From assembly GCF_037042905.1 (NCBI RefSeq), contig NC_087250.1:18538001-18602000 (forward strand): 64,000 bases of DNA, given 5' to 3'. A program made the position numbers and the translations under genes. The notes beneath the pieces were generated by a model, which ran no database searches, was not told the DNA's origin, and saw nothing but the letters and a program-made list of their open reading frames with translations. The stretch comes from Lytechinus pictus (Eukaryota). Shown here piece by piece: positions 24,111-36,798 of this stretch; within the stretch, counting starts at the first letter, position 1, and every line of letters starts with the position of its first letter.

Positions 24111-24858
24111 GGTGATTACACATCAACAAAGTTATTCTCCCTATTTTAATTACATTGGTCAACTTCTTTACAATTGAACATATTTTCATCTTTGGAATAG
24201 GAGATCATCTCCCGGGACTTCTTCTGGGTAGTCAAGTTTCAATAACGATGGGATTAACCCTAAATCTCCAAGGGTATTTTAATTCTTGTCATTCCCGGAG
24301 GGGGGAGGGCATTAGGGCCCCCCCCCTTAAGATCTCAGCCGCGGATTGCGCGATCACAACAAAAATTTGCATGATGGGAGTGAATGATGTAATCTACTCG
24401 GTTGCATTGGTAAATTTCACCGAGTTCATATATTTTAATTTTATATGAATTAATTATGCTAGTCTATTCATGAAAACATACTTTTTGCTCTGATTCACTA
24501 AATAAAGCTCCTAGAATGCTATTATTTGGTAAAAATATTCTTTATAGCATTCCTAACAATTGTGAATGAAAAAAATTCTGGTACCAGGACCAATTTCTTA
24601 TGTATTTTATAGTTTTAATTTCTTATGTATTTCTTTGTTTCTTACTTTTTGTTATTTTATTGTTTTTTCGATGGAAATCGTTCCAAACTTAATTCTGATC
24701 ATAAACAAGGCAAAATTAATTAGGTTTAATCAGTAAAAGTAGAAATAAGGATACGTTTATGAATTTTGGCTAAATACACACTTTGCATTGGATTTGTACA
24801 TGAAATCACGTTTTTGAGCAATTTTGGGTCTGACATGCACTTACATAATGTTACGTAA

Positions 24859-25562
24859 CAGTGTCGGAATTACACGGGAGCGACGGGCGATTTTGCCCCC
24901 ATGACAGCCCATATCGCCCCTAAAAATTCTCAAAACCCAATGCTTTGGGGCGACTTTTTATTTCAGAATCGCCCCAATAAAATACCATCGACAATGTAAA
25001 AAATACTTCACATAATTACGTTCTCCAGCGGCGGAGCAAGAGCATCTTTTATATCACCCTTGCTAGCTTTAAGTTGAACGGTCGATGCAATATCCGAATC
25101 TTCCGTAACACCGGAAGCTTCGCGATTGTAAAATAAATGCGCAATGCAATATGGGATGCGGAGTACGCATAGTCTTTAGCACGGGGGTTTTAGAATTATT
25201 GACGCATTTGCCGCATGGCTTATGTACATGTACGCGTGCACGATTAGACTGCGCAGCTGGTAACGAGACCACGTGCATCGTACGGTATATTATGTGTACT
25301 AGGCATGCACAGATCAGCTGGTGATTGTGACAGCGCTGATTGTCGACATCGTCGAGTCGGAGTGCGAGATGGATAAGTTTCTAATTCGAGTTCAACCTGG
25401 CTCTGCCAAACGGCCAGAGCCAGCGCCAGAAGCCTTTCCAAATCGAGATACTGTTGAGAAGGATAAGCCAAAAAAGAAACAGTACTGTACAGAGACAATC
25501 AACAATAAAGTCTTGGGGCTTCGATTGGCTCGAATCTGAAGCTCTGGTGCACTAGCGTACTA

Positions 25563-25599
<37 letters not shown>

Positions 25600-25942
25600 C
25601 TGCCCCCCTGACGAGTCACAACCCATGCACTTTTTTTTTTTTGCTTGTCACATTTTTGGGCGGACAAATTTGCCCCCCCCCCCCTGTGAAAAATCCTAGG
25701 TACGCCACTGCTCTGGTGGGATCACTGTTGTTTATTGTAAGGCCTGTAGCCTACAGTAATTACAGTTAATAATGTTCTGAGCTTAATAGGCGACACATTG
25801 AGTCTCGGAATGTCAAAAGGTAATTGCTGATATGCGATAAAAAAAGTAGCCCCATGAATTAGAAAATAGCCCCAAGATATTCAGTGGTAGCCCCAATGTA
25901 AAAAAAAAAGTAGCCCCTAAAAAAAAATTAATTCCTACCCTG
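24859..25942 (+). mobile_element. hAT deletion derivative
   Basis: 8-bp TSD TTACGTAA; TIR cagtgtcggaatta / taattcctaccctg; 5' transposase-like remnant from ATG 25369. Confidence 0.85.
25550..25710. mobile_element. Short hAT-type MITE with poly-G
   Basis: 8-bp TSD CTCTGGTG; TIR cactagcgtac / gtacgccactg. Confidence 0.85.
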
Positions 25943-28902
25943 TTACGTAATGTCGTAACTGCGTACCCGGGCGTCACAAATTTGGTCTCAAAATTTGTGT
26001 GAGACTTGAAAGTAAAAAGTCCGTGAGTGGCGAGGTCAAAAAATTTTGCGCAGCAGATATATCACGAAAATTGTTATTATTATTATGCCCCCCCCCCCAG
26101 AGAATTAGGGTTAAGACTTGCAACAATTGTTGTAGCATACCCAGTCGTTTGGCTAAAACTTGCAGAGAAAGTAAAGTCTAGAACTTGCAGGGAAGTCAAG
26201 TCTAGCAGTGCAATCAGTTGCAGACAATCTGGTACAGAACTAGAGTCGAGACACAGCTGTGACTTGTGCCTCAGACTTCAAATCTCGTACAACATTGTGG
26301 TTTTTTGAAAGCGGTCAGTTTCTGACCTATTGCAAGACTTTTGCAGCAAGAAACATCTGTAAATGATAAATTTGCATGGAAGCAGAAAGTACTTAGTCTT
26401 TCAGGGCATTTCAATGAACATGCAGTCATGTATTCTCTTTATCCCTTGCCGGCGTAAAGCTTGACCTTCCCTCTTCTGGCAGTCCATTTTGATATTAATA
26501 TATTTTTGCAAACCTTTAGAAACTCCCTTGTAGTCTAGGTATTAGCATCAAGTCGCATAATGTAGCAGCATTTGTTTGATGAGAATACTTGTACCCAAAA
26601 GTCACAATGATAAGTCTCCCCTATTCATTATTGAAACCACTCACGCAAGCATGCGAGGTTAGTTTATGTATTGAAAATACCTCGCGCTCGCAATACGTGT
26701 GAGTACAGAAAGTGCACATCGTCGACTATCTGAATATGGCATAACCATTAAAGATCGCAGGCCACAATGTGCACAAGTGCAGTAAACTCCATTTTCGAGG
26801 AGAGGGCCGGACAGAAGCGATGCCACTTGTTGCAGCACGAACCGCACACGCCCGTTGTCGGTGACCACAAATAATAATACATTGAACCCACAGTGACAAA
26901 TTGTGTACAACAGATAGTGGAGCATGAACGTAGCGGTCGTGTGCATTTTTGCTTATTACATGACGTCATCCAGCCACTGCCGAGAGCCAATTTATGAATG
27001 AAAATATAGTAAGCATGCACAGTGCAAGCCTTCCATTTCCCCACACAGTATTCCACCAAAACAAGTGTGCAAAATCACCTTGTACCAAAATCGACCTAGA
27101 ATTTCACTGTCCTATATTTTATATGAATTATGAAAGGCATTCTCGGAGAATCTATTTTCTCACCGATACCGCACAGGTAAGCGAATTTCAATTCTTTTCC
27201 GTCAAAATCTTATAAATTAGCGTCTATATGTCATCGTGTTCGTTGGAATTGTAGAGTCTAATGCAACGTGCACAGAGTCAATTGGCTTCTGGGTTTCGGA
27301 GCGACGCGTGAATATGCATGAAATTGCAGTTTCGATAATTTTCGATCGATACCGGAACGATCCGATCACGGACCAAAACCATATTCCGCATACACAACGT
27401 GACCGGACATCGTTATCGCTATCGATACTTCCGCACGCAGTCCGAAGAAATTATTTTAGCGACCACGTGATCATGACGTAATATGCGCGATTGACCAATC
27501 AGCGGTCTCTGAATCGCTGTGCGGAGATGATCTATCTTATGTACACAGAACAGTCTATGGACAATTGTTCATTGTTATGGAACCAGCGGCGCGCACAGCG
27601 CTCGCAATGCAGCGGGATGTTTATACCTAAATTGTTAATTAAGGAAAAAGTTAGACCTAAATTTAGAGGACTTGCCTAGCATTCAACATTCTACCCTTCA
27701 CCCACTCATGGGTTCAATGCATCTCGCATGCGAAGGATTCATATGCACATGGTGCACGCGAATCTTTCGCACCCTTTTTACTAAAGTAACTATGCCATTA
27801 CATTTTAGCTAATGTTTCTAATTGTGCTATGACACTTACAGAACCATATGGATCGTTTGTTGACTTCTCTTTGCTGTTTTTTTAATAAAATAAAAGCATT
27901 TTTTCGTGATCTTCACGTAGATAACTCTGCATCATATCAATTTTTGCCTAAAGAGGGCGTGCGATATTATTCACAAGATGTTTGTTTACGGTTCTGCAGC
28001 TTGTACTGCTACTTGCTAGCTGCATTTTAGACGCTCAGCAATCGTTCAATCCACTTTCAATTTCCGATCATGCGCCGACGACTTGAATCGAGAATGTTCG
28101 ATTGGAAAAATTTGCATTTCGATTGTTGACTTGTTTGCGTAATTTCCAACGCAGTATGAAGGATGACTAAGGACGGATCGAAAGAAGTATCCTGGTTGAG
28201 ATTTGGAGGTAAGCAATAAAAACACTTTTATAAATAATTTCCAATTCCTTTTTAAAATGTAACTTAAAAATACGATCAAGAATAACATAGACATTAGACC
28301 AAAAGCTTCAGTCTCTGTATTTTGGTTGTTCAGCTGAACTGCGTTGGCTCACTCACCAATACATAGACTGAAGTGCTTGGAGGCCCGTACGTACAAACAA
28401 CGTATTAGCAGTAACATTAGATCTAACATTCGGCTGAAACCCGATTTTCAGATCATTTTTTTGTGCATAAAATGTCACATTATGAAAAAGAAATCACATC
28501 CATATTTACAAAAAAATGTTTAAAATTCAGAAATATCGTACCTTAGACCGCACTTACCGCTAATTCCTTTCAAATGATGATCGAAACATCGTCATCTTCG
28601 ATCCTTTCGTTGGTCAACGTAAGTTGCCATCTTGGATGACGTCATCATACTTACAGACGTATTTACCAGTCGCTACATATCGCGATTTGTGCCGCTGCTT
28701 TGCGTTTGTACATGTAGATGTGCGTGCGTTCGGAACTTGTCGCTCGCATTGATTGGCCAAGATATCGAAAATTTAATCGGAAAGCCTTGATAAAAGCACA
28801 ACTCATTGACGGCTGCCATATTTTCCTCTCCGGCAGAAAAATAAAAAATAAGGGATAATCCAGGGAATAACTCATCGGTAAGGTATATTTTCAATATTTT
28901 AC

Positions 28903-29110
28903 AGATTTTACATCGTATCAATAGAAAGATTAACTTAGAGTCTAAAGAAAATAGTGGGACTTCGTTCAAGATAATAATGTCTTAAGATAATATAATGTCT
29001 TAAGATAATATAATGTCTTAATTAAGATTTTACATCGTATCAATAGAAAGATTAGAGTCTAAAGAAAATAGTGGGACTTCGTTCAAGATAATATAATGTC
29101 TAATGTCTTT
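28903..29110. repeat. Local direct duplication plus short (taagataatataatgtct) repeats
   Basis: agattttacatcgtatcaatagaaagatta...gggacttcgttcaagataat occurs twice. Confidence 0.85.
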
Positions 29111-29565
29111 TAGAATCTAAAAGAAATGAAAAATCTGGACAAAACCCACCCTCCGAATTGTCGGGCCAGATTACACATGCAGGCTCGCACTAACACATTA
29201 CCGTCGGTGAATGGAATAGTAAAATGTCAGAAATTGTTGAATAAATCCCCAGAAACGACGGTTATTCCTGTCTACCCTGACATAGGCCTAGGCCACTTAT
29301 TCTATGAACAAGGTTATGATATAACCTTGTTCTCTGTTACTCCTCCCTGTGCACTCATCCTACGAACGAGGTTATAATATAACCTCGTTCTCGGCAGCAT
29401 ACAGTGCTGTTGAGCAAAAATACATTGCTCATTTCCCCCCATTAGTCATACCAAGTATCACGAACTCATGCAATTTTATAAATGTGATACTTAGCCCAAC
29501 ATCTTTTTATAAGAAGATCATCCTTAACTGACCTTAAAACATTAAAAAAATGAATAAAATCTCAC

Positions 29566-29720
29566 CGAAATTTACGCGTGATGGCGATTGATCCTCTGGG
29601 TTGCTGCTATGGTGTTCACCAGTGACAAATCAAAAAAGAAAAAAAATCTCACGAAACCTGAGAGGTTTATCCACCCGTTTGGACGAAACTCAACTCGTGA
29701 TGCATTCTGGTAAGGAAGTC
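29566..29720 (-). promoter_or_regulatory. Candidate Nup62 promoter and non-coding first exon
   Basis: GTGAGA donor at 29565, ATG-free exon sequence, Staf/ZNF143-like TGCATTCTGG at ~29701, TCTCGCGAGA-like words nearby; the ATG exon has an acceptor, so an upstream exon must exist. Confidence 0.4.
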
Positions 29721-32700
29721 TCGATAGCCTCTATCAAGACAAAATTGGCAATCTTGTTTCGTCTCGATAAACATATTTAAAGAATAAAATATATAAGATA
29801 TATAAATTAATCATCATAGGTCCTAATTTCACCATACAATATATAGTTTAGAAGTAGGCTGATGGTGCTACAACTATTCATTCGAGGCGGACGAAGCATC
29901 AAAATAGGGGGAGGGATATCTACACCCTTATTTTTAAAAAATCATTCAGGAGGGGAAGTCCATACTGCATTAAGTCTGAAGTTTTAAGTATATCTAGTTT
30001 TATTCTTATAAACAATATTATATTATCAAATAAGGCTTAAGTTAATGATAGCGAGTGCGCCAATCGCGAGATATTTTTCCCTTAGATTAAAACGGACATT
30101 CTATAGAATTTTTGTAATTCTGAAAATGATTGTATTGTCTTGTCTTCCAATTGTTGCTCACAATCATAAAAGTTGATTATATGGGGAATCTTTTTCACGA
30201 CCTCTGTTTTCTCAAGGTTTCCTCCACATGACATATTTTTTTAAGTTACATGATCATTATTACATGTATTTTGCTACTTTCACGAATGTATTGGTTTTTT
30301 ATGTACTCAGTATTGTATCCTTTCCATAATTATGTTGAGATGAAAATATGTATTTACTTTGCTTGCTGTTATTTTGGAAATAAGTGAAATGAAAAAGGAA
30401 GATCAGTATCATCCCCCTAATCCCCCTAATCTGCTTTTTTTGTCCGGCACCACTTCTTGCTAACACTGACTCAACACATTGGAATCTTGCTAAATAAATC
30501 TCTAAATAAATCTTGCGAGCGCAGATGGGCAAGATGAATATATATATATTTCGCCAAGAAAAATGGAGAAGAGAGAAAGGGAAAGAATGAGAAGGAAAAT
30601 AACTTAAGGGGGGGGGGGGCAAGCCGAAGGAAAATGGAAAGGGTAAAAGAGAAAAGTAGATGAAGTAAAGAAAGAATAAAGATAAAAAAAAGTCAATGAA
30701 CGCGAGGAAAGAGTGAAAGAAAGGAGAACATAATGAGAGAAACTCATCTCGAGATGCTAATAAATGAGTGAGAAAGAGGAAAGTATTCGGAAAGCAAAAT
30801 GGAATCTATAATAAAAAAACAAGAGGAGAAATGGGAAATAATGGTACAATGGAAAGGCTACAGGATACGACCAAGAAATCAAAGAAATTGTGAAAGAAAG
30901 AAAAGGAAAGGTGTAATATAGCTATGTTCTATTACTTATGAAAAGGGAACAAAATGTTCTTGATCTTGAATTTTACTAAGAAATATTTGCCGCACTTGAA
31001 AGGCTGTGTCATTCTGGGGGGTTTTTTCTTTGCTTTTCAAATTTCTCGGGAATAATTTTTTTCTCCATTTTTGTTGTGAAACCTTTTTGGGGGCTTTGCA
31101 TATTTAATTCAGCGCCCCCATTCAAAAAATAGTTCCCAGGGCCCTGTAAATTATAGCCAAGATTTGTCTGGAAATAAGGTTCAAATTTTTGACCCCAATT
31201 CCCTTCATTTGGGTGCAATTTTTTTTTGCTTGTATTTTTTTTTCTGATGAAAATCGCTGTCTTCCTTCCTTCCCTCGATTCTTTTTTCTTTCTTTCTTCC
31301 TTAGTCTTTTTTCTTTTTCTTTTTTTAAGGGAACTATTCCCTCTACCTAAAATTTAGGGGGACTTGTCCCCTCTCACCCCCCCCCTTCGCTTCCGCCACC
31401 TGTGACAAAAAATTTTGATGTACAAAAATAGTGAAAAAATGTTTTGTGTCAGGTGATAAAAAGACTACCTTCGCAGGAACAGGCTTCACAGGAAACGGGT
31501 ATTGGTCAGGAGCATGAATAATCCAGCTCTGTGGTCGCGCTCCCATTTAGCTTTCTTTTATTTACCACAAGAGGGCGTTACGGCACTCTACGTAGGAATC
31601 TATGGACAGACGAGGACAACGAAGAATTTCATTACCATTTTACACGATTTAGAAGACAATCAATGAATAAAGGATAATATTTCTTGGATGTGAAGTTACA
31701 ACAGAGCTACAGTGGACCCACAATCTTCGTTTGGTTCTTGACAATCATTGGTAAGTCCAACTTTTTCACTCTTTTCTTCATAAGTTAAAAAATTGTCTGG
31801 AAGCAGGGCTGAACACTGTACAGTCCCATCCCCTACCTTTTGCTGTAAGGCGAATGGTCGGGGTGAACAAGTGTCCCTGTGTAGTGAAATAAGGTTGGCA
31901 ATGTTTGGCTCATTTTCTCTTTTCCTTTGAGACAAATGCTTGATTTTTTTACACTGTCAGGTTCCAGTACAGCTATTCATCATATATCTTGGCTATTAAG
32001 TAAATTTGAATCTTTAAATGATTTTTTCTTAATTAAAAATAGAGATTGAAAAACCAAAATTGTAGTGCCATATTATTTTCCACCAATAGAGGGCGTGTAC
32101 AAAAATATGCCCAAAATTCAACTTTTCGAGTGCTCTGGTGAATAAAAAAATTACCCCCAAGTTACTAATGATAAATAAATTGCAACTGTATGGAAACTAG
32201 TATTTTTGGTCACAAAAGTGATATTTTAATGATTTTTAAAGTTTGTGTTGTGTACAGCATTGGCACACCATAGTCCGACCTGTAATAGTAAGTTGTTAGA
32301 TTCCCCACAGGCAGAATAGAAATGAACCCTTGAGTGGCCTAGGCTAGTGGAAAAATATTGAAAGGTTTGGACTTTGGCGTGTCCTGTGATGAATGAAAAC
32401 GTCAAAATGCACTATGAAATCACATGCATTGTGCGAGGTTAGTATACTAACCTCGCATATGTTGTGTGAGTGCACTTGTCCTTCACCTTGTTGGACTCAC
32501 GCAACACGCAATTGAACAACTCAAGGGTACATTACCGCCGCCGTGCACAGGATAACCACTGGTACGGCACTAGACCAAAAGCTTCGGTCTCTGTTATGTT
32601 GGTTGTTCAGCTGAACTCCGTTGGCTTCACTCACCAAATACAGAGACCGAAGTTCTAGCGCGATCTGTACAGGGGACTCAATGGCCATATGTTTATGTAC

Positions 32701-33429
32701 TTAAGATCGGATAAAACGGGGAAGTGAATTTGCGCGACAGCCGAGGTAAGTCACTGTTTTTGTTCCTTTTAACTTGATTTTTCTCATTTTTTTGGCAATT
32801 GATGCCAAGAGGGAATATTAATTTGCATTTTGGTCGCGTGAATTTTCAAAATTTTGACTTATTAAAGACGAAAATTGAAAAGCCCCGACGGGGGGATTTT
32901 GCATTGCAAGTCCCCTAATGGTGGGTGCACGCTAGCGAGCCGTCTGTGTATGAGGAGAAATTAAAAAAACAATAAAATGTTAAAAAAACTCCTCGAAACA
33001 CACGGCTGCCAGCTGTCTAGTACGGCACTTGCAATGCCTTTTATGGCGGTTTCTTTTAAACTAGCGAGAAATGATGCTTTTATGGAAGATAAGCTTTGGC
33101 TATGAAACTTACCGAACGGTATGAAGCCAATTTCAATTCCTCTCTGTCTTTCACGTAGTTTATATCAAACTTTTTTCTTCATGTCGAAGCAAGCGTGCTT
33201 CCGATTCTCCGGTTTACTCTATACTCTAGGCGCGCGATATTATTTAATAAACTTGGTTGTTTCCGCTTGTTTCCGGACTGCTGGTTGCGTTCTAGGCGCT
33301 CCGCATTTTTTCGCTGTTCAGCGTTATTTTATGATGTAGCGCCATCAGCGATTATACGTGAGATGCCTGTTGATTTTTTTGGTACAATTTCCAATTATGC
33401 GCTGGCGACTTAAATCTAGACTGTTCGAT

Positions 33430-34759
33430 CAGTAGAGGCGCACGGCCAATATTGGAGACTGTCTCCAATGTGGGAGATTATCTCCAATATCAGAGACTTT
33501 TGTAAAGAATTTGGGTATCCAATTTCAGAGACAGTCTCCAGTTTTGGAGACCAATTTCCTTTGTTTACATTTGCTTCAAAAGGATTACCTTGGCGGCAAA
33601 TGAAAATGTGATAAGCACATTCCTCGTGAAAAATTACCCCTTTTCACCGTCTACTTTAAAAATTCACCGTCTACTTTTGTTTTGATAAGGATTTTTGTTG
33701 TCAATCACACACAAAACAAATGGGCTTCTGACCTCAGTGAGACAAAATTTTGGGTGGAAAAAATTAGGCCCGTTTCGGGTACACGTGTACACGCACGGTC
33801 AAGTCAGTGCACGTGTACTAAATTCCATCACCGTGTACACGGTAGCATCTGCATAAAGCTTGCATGGGACTACAAAGTCAGTGAACAAGCTCACAGCCTC
33901 ACATTAAATCTTAGTTCTCAGACACTGCACATGTTTTAATTAATAATATGTCAATATATTTCAATTAATCTAGAGTGAGTTCACTTCCAAAATCGCCGAT
34001 TTAATCCACATTCATTCTGGAGACTCAAGTTTTTGTACCACGAAATGGGTCTGATCCGGTCTCGAAAGCTCAAGAGCATTGCTCAATCACACTCAGAGCC
34101 AATTTGAGAATCACCAATTTGCGATCAGCGATCATTGATACAACTTACGTCAGTTACGTGCTATACGCTCATACACATGTGCTACAAAAGCCTACAAACA
34201 AACGCTCCTCAAATTGGCATCAAAATAATGAAAATCAATCGATAACTTCAGTTACACTTAATTCTGCAGCGATCTGTGCATGCATGTACGGTACAGTATA
34301 CAAAATGCGCATCCAACGGGCGTCGGCGCTAGCTAGGGCCCTGCACTGATTTTCTTTTGCATCCTTTATTAATTTAATGCGCTGCTAAGCTGAGTAAACA
34401 TTTAATTTGCACCAATTTTTGTGGATTGATACTTCAAACTTCTCAGGTAAGCTTTAAAACCGTGACTTAGGCTATAATATAGACCATGTAGACCCCTTTT
34501 TATGACATGTTGATGCGGGTCCGTGTCGACATGAAAACATAACTCACTCTCAGTGTTTACAACGTGTACACGTGTACACGACCGAATAACACGCCGTGTA
34601 CACGTGCATCAAAAATGGACTTTCAAAACGGGCCTAGAAAAAATCATGCTTTTGTTGGTGTTGTTTCTTTTGTCCTTTTGCAAAGCAAGTCTCCAATGTG
34701 GGAGATTGTCTCCCCTAGTATGAGAGAGAGTCTCCCATATTGGCCGTGCGCCTCTACTG
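33430..34759. mobile_element. Non-autonomous DNA transposon with 5-bp TSD
   Basis: Perfect 23-bp TIR cagtagaggcgcacggccaatat; TSD TCGAT; equivalent empty site in the related repeat at ~28099. Confidence 0.88.
33765..34636. mobile_element. hAT-type element nested in 33430-34759
   Basis: TIR taggcccgttt / aaacgggccta; 8-bp TSD GAAAAAAT; subterminal cgtgtacacg repeats. Confidence 0.85.
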
Positions 34760-35590
34760 TCGATAGAAAAAATTTGCATTTCGATTGTTGTTTGCGTAAT
34801 TTCCACCGCAGTATTAAGGATCGGACGGAGTAACTGGCTGAGATTTGGAGGTAAGCGTTTAAAATCCCTTTTTAATAATACAGAGGACCAATTTTAAAAC
34901 TAGATTACATTATAAGATTTAGATTTTAGACGAATAAATCGATTACGCTGTAATGATTTTAGGCGTTTTTCATATTCACACATTCTTGGTGATGAATGAA
35001 AACGTCAAAGTTCATTATGAAATGACATGCGTTGTGCGAGGTTAGTAGTAGTACAACTAACCTCGCATGCTTGAGTGGCAATTGAACAGGCGTGCGTACA
35101 CTGCGCAGACATACACCCCTACACAAATATTGATAGGGTGGGACTACGAAAATTGGAACGGAAATATTTCGATTGTAAAAAAATGTAAATTCTTAGACGA
35201 ATACCTAATGTTAATTATCAAACAGAGATTATATAGATATATGTTGCTGTTGGTATACAAACAGGACATAATAAAATGCATAAATATAAAATTTATGCTT
35301 AATTTTATCAACTTACACTTTTAATACTCAACCATTCGGTTTTCTCCGAGTCTAGTCTGGCGCTATTTTCTGGTTACCCTATTTTCTCGACATCTTGACC
35401 CGTCGCCCTCTTTAGTTTGCTTGCTGTACAACTAAAGAGGGGAAGACAATTAATAGCCCTACTAAAAATAACAGAAAAGCAATTTAAAAAATTGTGAAAG
35501 TTAGAGAAATCCGATCAAAAAATGTAAAAAAATCACTAAATCATTAAATATTTTTTATTCGTGATGTCTTATGAAATCAATATCACTATG

Positions 35591-36749
35591 TGTAATGAAA
35601 GCTGCTTTGAAGATAATTTTGTACATCTAATTTTTCTGAAAAGCCATCAAATGATTTAATGTGTTAAAACTGAAGAATTTCATTGGGTCTGAGGGTCAGA
35701 CTATTTGAGTGAGCACACACACATTTTCTATGTATTTATACTGTGCATGTATAGTATATGTGCTTTGTATGGCTTGTCTGAGGTATTTTATTAATAGCGC
35801 CATCTCTTGGTCAACTGAGGTAATGTGATATTGAAATCAGTTCTGGAGATTCTGTTTGAGAATTTGAATCAAAATAAATCTAAAGCATCCTACATGGGAT
35901 TGCCCTATATAAGAAGATTTCTGGAGGCAAAGAGGTCAGTAGAAACATTGATTTATGTATTTAAGAAATATGAATGTTATAATGCAAGAAAAGTTTATTC
36001 TAATTTGGTTTGATTACATGACAGGCTTAATGCATCAATGTATGTGAAGAAAGATAACAGAAAGTATGTTTGTCAATTGTATCTCAAACACCTGATAATG
36101 CTATAGTATATTCTAATTGATGTCTAAGGGGGTGTTGCAAGAAAATATTTGCAATCAATTGCAAATATTGTGTTGCAAGTTTACAATCAGTAGATTAATT
36201 TTAACTGCAGCAAATCAGATTACACTCCTTATTTCAAGGAGCAGATTAGCAATCAGTTGCAAATTTGTAATTGATTGCAAGACACATGATTGATTTAGAG
36301 ACTGAAATTACACTTGCAATTGATCGCAAGTTTCTTTCAATGCCCCATAAGAGACAATTATATATTAGTATTAAGTACATGAATTTCACAGGTGTAATTT
36401 ACTGCTGACTGCTGAAGATGTTTGGTTGTATACAATTTAGTGAGAAGCTTTTCAGTGCTAAATATTTCAATGTATCTTGAAACTAGATTGTGATTTACAT
36501 TCAGGTCAAATGATTAATTTATCATAATGGTCAGAGTCATAAATGATGTAAAGTTTTATTGTTCTTGTACTTATGACTTTCCTATCATTTTGTTTCTACC
36601 AACAGTTTTCACGGAATTTGCTTCATGTCGATATAGAGAAAATGCTAAGAAGAAATGAATGAAGAATTAAAAGGATGACATGAAACTTTATATTCCTGTT
36701 GAGACCTTTGTTTTTATTTTTTGAACGCTCAAACAAGTCTTCAGTTACA
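35591..36749 (+). repeat. LTR 1 (936 bp plus 223-bp MITE insertion)
   Basis: TG...CA ends; near identity to the other LTRs. Confidence 0.95.
36128..36347. mobile_element. PIF/Harbinger-type MITE in LTR 1 only
   Basis: TAA TSD; TIR ggggtgttgcaagaaa / tttctttcaatgcccc; empty site tgtctaagagac in LTRs 2-4. Confidence 0.9.
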
Positions 36750-36798
36750 GTGAAAACTCTATGCAAAGACTTATTATCATTACATAAAAGGATTCAAG

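Larger units (their letters stand above)
24258..26110. mobile_element. piggyBac-type MITE with nested insertion
   Basis: TTAA|ccctaa ... ttaggg|TTAA. Confidence 0.85.
21590..26661 (-). pseudogene. Decayed, internally deleted transposase remnant (possibly Academ) split by later insertions
   Basis: Frameshifted fragments in order: RLSATD..A..(YH..C-like), GDDLLFQR (~24200), IFHQVQHW (~21855), CSQCH; terminus taacctcgca at ~26660. Confidence 0.4.

Noticed and set aside
35825-36013. 62-aa ORF repeated four times
   Set aside because: Lies within the LTR, starts at GTG, has no recognisable domain; recurrence reflects LTR identity
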